From the NCBI GenBank assembly GCA_040771865.1, contig JAXGZF010000004.1, positions 353,916 through 417,915 on the forward strand: a stretch of DNA of 64,000 nt. Reading direction: 5' to 3'. The position numbers were made by a program, and so were the translations under genes. Numbering within the stretch: position 1 is the first letter of the stretch; each line of letters begins with the position of its first letter. Below are positions 60,151 to 64,000 of the stretch, one piece after another. Source of the stretch: Desulfobacterales bacterium (GTDB lineage Bacteria; Desulfobacterota; Desulfobacteria; Desulfobacterales; UBA2245). Under the pieces are notes generated by a model. It did no database searches and had not been told where the DNA came from. It saw only the letters and a program-made list of their open reading frames with translations.

Positions 60151-61558
60151 ATGGAATAATCCTACGACACAGCACTCAAGTTACTTGTATCACTGGCGAT
60201 TGGTCTTCTGGTCGGCATCGAGCGCGGCTGGAGCGAGCGGGAGGAAGATGAAGGAGATCGAATCGCCGGCATCCGCGCTTTCAGCCTGATCGGGCTGATG
60301 GGAGGCGTCGTGGCCCTCTTCTCTTGCGAGGTCGGTCACTGGTTGATCATCGCCGCTTTTGTCGCGGTTCCGCCCTGATCATCACGGCCCATATCCTGGA
60401 TGTGCGCGAAGACATGGACGTGGGAACCACTATGGCCTTTACCATGATGCTGACTTTATCCTGGCGGCCTGGGCCGCATACGGCCATCCCATTCCGGCGA
60501 TGGCCGTCACGGTTATCGTCATCTCCCTCCTCGGTCTGAAGTCGGTCCTGCATTCATGGCTCAAAAAGATCAAACCGCAGGACTTTTTTTCCGGCGCCAA
60601 GCTGCTGATCATCTCCGTGGTCCTTCTCCCTCTGTTGCCGAATCACGGCTGCGGGCTTTGGGAGGCTTTGAATCCCTACTGGACCTGGTGGATGGTGGTT
60701 CTCATCTCCGGCCTTTCCTTTCTGGGATACGTGGCTATCCAGATTGCCGGCGAAAGAAAGGGAACGATCGTGACAGCCGTTGCCGGGGCGATGGTCTCAT
60801 CGACCGCGATCACCATCAGCATGGCGCAGTATGCAAATGAACAGAAAGGCAAGACCCTGTTTGCTGGCTGTGTCCTGCTGGCCTCGACCATCATGTTCCT
60901 GCGGGTCATGATTGAAGTCTTCGTTGTGTATCCCGGCCTGCTGTATCCGCTCTGGATTCCGCTGTCCGCCATGCTGGCCGGCCTGCTCTGCGGTCTTACC
61001 TGGTTATGGTATCGGTATGAAAAAGGCGAAGCGGTCTACCATCGGCACATCGAGGTGAAGAACCCGCTGCAGCTCGGCATGGCCATGAAGTTCGGCCTGC
61101 TTCTGCCTACCGTGCTGCTTTTATCCGAGGCCATGAAGGAGTGGTTCGGAAATTACGGTGTGTACGCGCTTTCGGTGGTTTCAGGGCTGATGCATGTGGA
61201 TGCCATTACACTCTCGCTTTCCAGGTCGGCGCAACACGAGCTGGCCGCCGAGGTGGCGACCTTGAACATCGTACTCGCCTGCGCAACGAACACACTGGTC
61301 AAAGGCGTGCTTTTTGCCGTTATCGCAGGCTTTAGCAGGGTGTTGAAAAACAAGAATCAGGCCGTCAGGCAAGGCGCGCGGCGATGCGACAAGCGCAGCA
61401 TATTCAAGCATATGTGAGCATTGGCGAGAGCCGCGCAACGCTGAATGGCGGCCTCAGGCGCAGTTTTTCAACAGCCTGTTAGAGAGAGCATCCGGCTTCC
61501 CCTGTTCATGTGCGCCGCCATGCTGCCGGCGTTGTTCATCGCCGTCGTGATTCAGTAG
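60151..61558 (+). pseudogene. MgtC/SapB plus DUF4010 membrane protein pseudogene
   Basis: ME*SYDTALKLLVSLAIGLLVGIERGW...AGIRAFSLIG; stop at codon 3, two frameshifts (~60370 and ~60457) and a MITE insertion at 61336. Confidence 0.85.
61336..61478. mobile_element. 143-bp MITE, copy 1 (IS5-like ends)
   Basis: TIRs CAGGGTGTTGAAAAAC / GTTTTTCAACAGCCTG; TTAG duplicated on both sides. Confidence 0.9.
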
Positions 61559-62122
61559 CAGCCGACGCTGATTCCAAAACAAATTGAGGAAATCCCGCGA
61601 TTCTGATAAATTAAATCTATATTTATTTAAAGCGCATCTGTCTGAAAATATGTTTGATATCGCAAACAGACCACATGATCAGCGGTTGGGCGGAAACCTG
61701 AAACAACCGAATGCATGGATGGATTTCACTCATAAGCCATTTATGTGACCCTGAGCTCATGCGTTTTTGTGTGTTTTGAAATATGACAGCGGAATGTCGT
61801 TCCGAGACGGGCCGGATAAACGTTCAAGAGCCTTATTCCATATGATTTGCCGGGGGATGGATCACCGGGCGCGAGCATCAAATTCGAATTCAAGCCGAAT
61901 AAATGGTTGGCAATAAAGTTTTTCCATCAAAATCGAATGAATTAAAATTGAAGCCATTGAGCAGTTAATCGCCAATATTCGAAAAAGCGGACAGCTTGAA
62001 CCTGTTAAAATCTGGTTCACGGGTGAAAGTTTTCGAATCATGGACGGCGAAAAGCGCTGGCCGGCCTGTAAAAACGCGGCGCGTCCGGAATGAAAGCAGT
62101 TGCTCTGGAGGATGAAACCTAA

Positions 62123-62265
62123 CAGGGTGTTGAAAAACAAGAATCAGGCCGTCAGGCAAGGCGCGCGGCGATGCGACAAGCGCAGCATATTCAAGCATAT
62201 GTGAGTATTGGCGAGAGCCGCGCAACGCTGAATGGCGGCCTCAGGCGCGGTTTTTCAACAGCCTG
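62123..62265. mobile_element. 143-bp MITE, copy 2
   Basis: Differs from copy 1 at two positions; CTAA duplicated on both sides. Confidence 0.9.
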
Positions 62266-62287
62266 CTAAACGAAATCAGGAAGCGTT

Positions 62288-63121
62288 ATGCATATTGTAT
62301 GCTGTCTCAAACAGGTTCCGGATACCGCGCAGGTCAAGATTGATCCCGAGACCAACACGCTGGTTCGGACCGGCATCGAATCCATATTGAATCCCTTTGA
62401 TCTGGTCGCTCTGGAACTGGCGGTCAGAATAAAGGGAGAGCACGGGGGAACCATAAGCGCCATCACCATGGGACCAATGCAGGCATCAACTATTTTAAGA
62501 CAGGCGCTGTCCCTAGGCGCCGATCAGGTCGCTCTCTTGTCCGACAGAACGTTTGCCGGAGCGGATACGCTTGCCACAAGTTATACCCTTGCTATGGCCA
62601 TCCGAAAACTGGGAAAAAAAATTCCCGTTGATCTGGTTCTCTGCGGCAAACAGGCCATAGACGGAGACACGGCCCAGACCGGGCCGGGAATCGCCACCCG
62701 CCTTAAGTATACGCAGTTGACCTATGTCTCACAGGTTCAATGGATTGATCCCGACAAAAGAAAAATACAGGTGAAAAGGAAGGTGGATGGTGGTGTGGAG
62801 GTGGTCTTGGGAGATCTTCCGGCGCTTCTGACCGTGGAGCTCGATCTCGTCCGCCCGAGAAGGGCTTCGCTTCCGGCGCTGATTGAATCGCTTGAAGCGC
62901 CCGTTCCGACCTGGAATGCCAAATCGATCGAGGCTGTCGAAGCGCTGATTGGAATAAAGGGGTCTCCCACCTCGGTGAAAAAGATATCATCGCCTGCCCC
63001 GAGACAGGGAGGTCCAAAATTCCGGGCCGAGCCGGACCCCGGCAGAGCCGTAACGCAATGCCTTGAAGCGCTTTTTGCGGATGACGCATTTTTTCAGATT
63101 TTAAAAAAACAAACGGTCTGA
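62288..63121 (+). CDS. etfB: Electron transfer flavoprotein beta subunit
   Basis: CLKQVPD, LNPFD, TMGP, FAGADTLATS, CGKQAIDGDTAQTGP. Confidence 0.95.
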   Translation: MHIVCCLKQVPDTAQVKIDPETNTLVRTGIESILNPFDLVALELAVRIKGEHGGTISAITMGPMQASTILRQALSLGADQVALLSDRTFAGADTLATSYTLAMAIRKLGKKIPVDLVLCGKQAIDGDTAQTGPGIATRLKYTQLTYVSQVQWIDPDKRKIQVKRKVDGGVEVVLGDLPALLTVELDLVRPRRASLPALIESLEAPVPTWNAKSIEAVEALIGIKGSPTSVKKISSPAPRQGGPKFRAEPDPGRAVTQCLEALFADDAFFQILKKQTV

Positions 63122-63127
63122 AAGCTG

Positions 63128-64000
63128 ATGCCGAAAAATTCCAAAGAGATTGAAGTCGCGGAAATCATCTCCGACAAGTGTATCGCCTGTCAGATTTGTA
63201 TTGGAGAGTGCCCTGTGGGGGCCATCGAACTGTTCAGGGATGGTGTGGCGCATATTGATCCCGAGGCCTGTGTCGGTTGCGGAAAATGTTTCGAGGTCTG
63301 TCCTGTCGAAGCTGTGGCATTTGATTCGAAAAAGGGCAAAACAATATTGGACAAGGTAACTGGTGCAGAAGCCGTAAAAGGCCTTTCCTATCAAGGCGTG
63401 GCGGTTTTCATTGAGGTCGTGAACGGGTCGGCCGCACCGGTTTCTTTTGAGTTGATCGGCAAGGCAAGGGACCTGGCCCTGAAACGGAACTGCGGGGTCA
63501 TCGGGTTTGTCCTGGGAAACGAGGTCGAAAAAATAGCCGATGAAGCCATATTCCGCGGTTGCGACGTCATTCACATGATTTCTCATCCTGAGTTGGGAAC
63601 CTATCTTTCCCGGCCGTACGGAAAAATTCTGGCAAACCTCTGCAAGGAGGTTCGTCCTGAAATTTTTCTGATCGGGGCTACCCACCTGGGACGAGATCTT
63701 GCCGGCGTGGTGGCCACCCGCCTGGGAGCGGGCCTTACCGCGGATTGCACGGGATTGGACATCGAAGCAAAAACCGGTTTCCTCCTCATGACAAGGCCCA
63801 CCTTCGGGGGCAACATCATGGCGACCATTCTCTGTGAAAACCGGCGCCCCCAGATGAGTACGGTAAGGCCCCGGGTGATGAAGATGCCCGTTGAAGACAG
63901 GTCCCGCAAAGGCAGTATTTTTCGCCATGAATTCATCCCCGTAAAAGACCCCCTTGCCCAGGTCGTCGGGTTCACATCCGATATAAAAGCCTCGGGGGAA
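63128..64000 (+). CDS. etfA: ETF alpha subunit with N-terminal 2x[4Fe-4S] ferredoxin domain; runs off the window
   Basis: ATG 63128; CIACQICIGECP and CVGCGKCFEVCP, then ELIGKAR, GRDLAG, GLTADCT, TRPTFGGNIMATI; absent from the ORF track because it has no stop in the window. Confidence 0.92.
   Translation, partial: MPKNSKEIEVAEIISDKCIACQICIGECPVGAIELFRDGVAHIDPEACVGCGKCFEVCPVEAVAFDSKKGKTILDKVTGAEAVKGLSYQGVAVFIEVVNGSAAPVSFELIGKARDLALKRNCGVIGFVLGNEVEKIADEAIFRGCDVIHMISHPELGTYLSRPYGKILANLCKEVRPEIFLIGATHLGRDLAGVVATRLGAGLTADCTGLDIEAKTGFLLMTRPTFGGNIMATILCENRRPQMSTVRPRVMKMPVEDRSRKGSIFRHEFIPVKDPLAQVVGFTSDIKASGE

Noticed and set aside
61181..62225. Duplicated small minus-strand ORFs (MRGSRQ..., MFFNTLL...)
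   Set aside because: Reading-frame artefacts of the two MITE copies
1..64000. CRISPR array or rRNA
   Set aside because: No regularly spaced repeat-spacer series or rRNA-like sequence seen by eye

Overview
Chromosomal window from an anaerobic Desulfobacterota-like bacterium (probably Desulfobacterales; inferred from gene content and protein style). The first ~48 kb is mostly housekeeping and metabolic DNA: acyl-CoA ligase, serC, hisD, a selenocysteine-containing Tat-exported formate dehydrogenase (fdhA-fdhB-fdhE), glk, acnA, an arsC-phoB-phoR-pstSCAB-phoU cluster, tRNA-Glu, radA-rlmE-yebC, nadA, lolA, trxC, a ZraSR-like sigma54 two-component pair, grpE-dnaK, a large Alu-domain SRP RNA, tilS-ftsH-folP-coaX and two PilT-family ATPases. 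From ~50 kb onward the window is accessory and mobile-element rich: an IS3-family element whose transposase is split by an RmInt1-like (class D) group II intron; remnants of IS256-like, Y1/RAYT-like and ISNCY-like transposases that the ORF track mostly misses; uncharacterised secreted proteins; a multiply broken MgtC/DUF4010 pseudogene; two near-identical 143-bp IS5-like MITEs with 4-bp target duplications; and the start of an etfB/ferredoxin-etfA operon. I found no CRISPR array and no clearly novel multi-gene system. The best leads are the nested mobile elements, the MITE family, and several unannotated regulatory architectures. All family assignments come from recognising motifs by eye, not from database searches.
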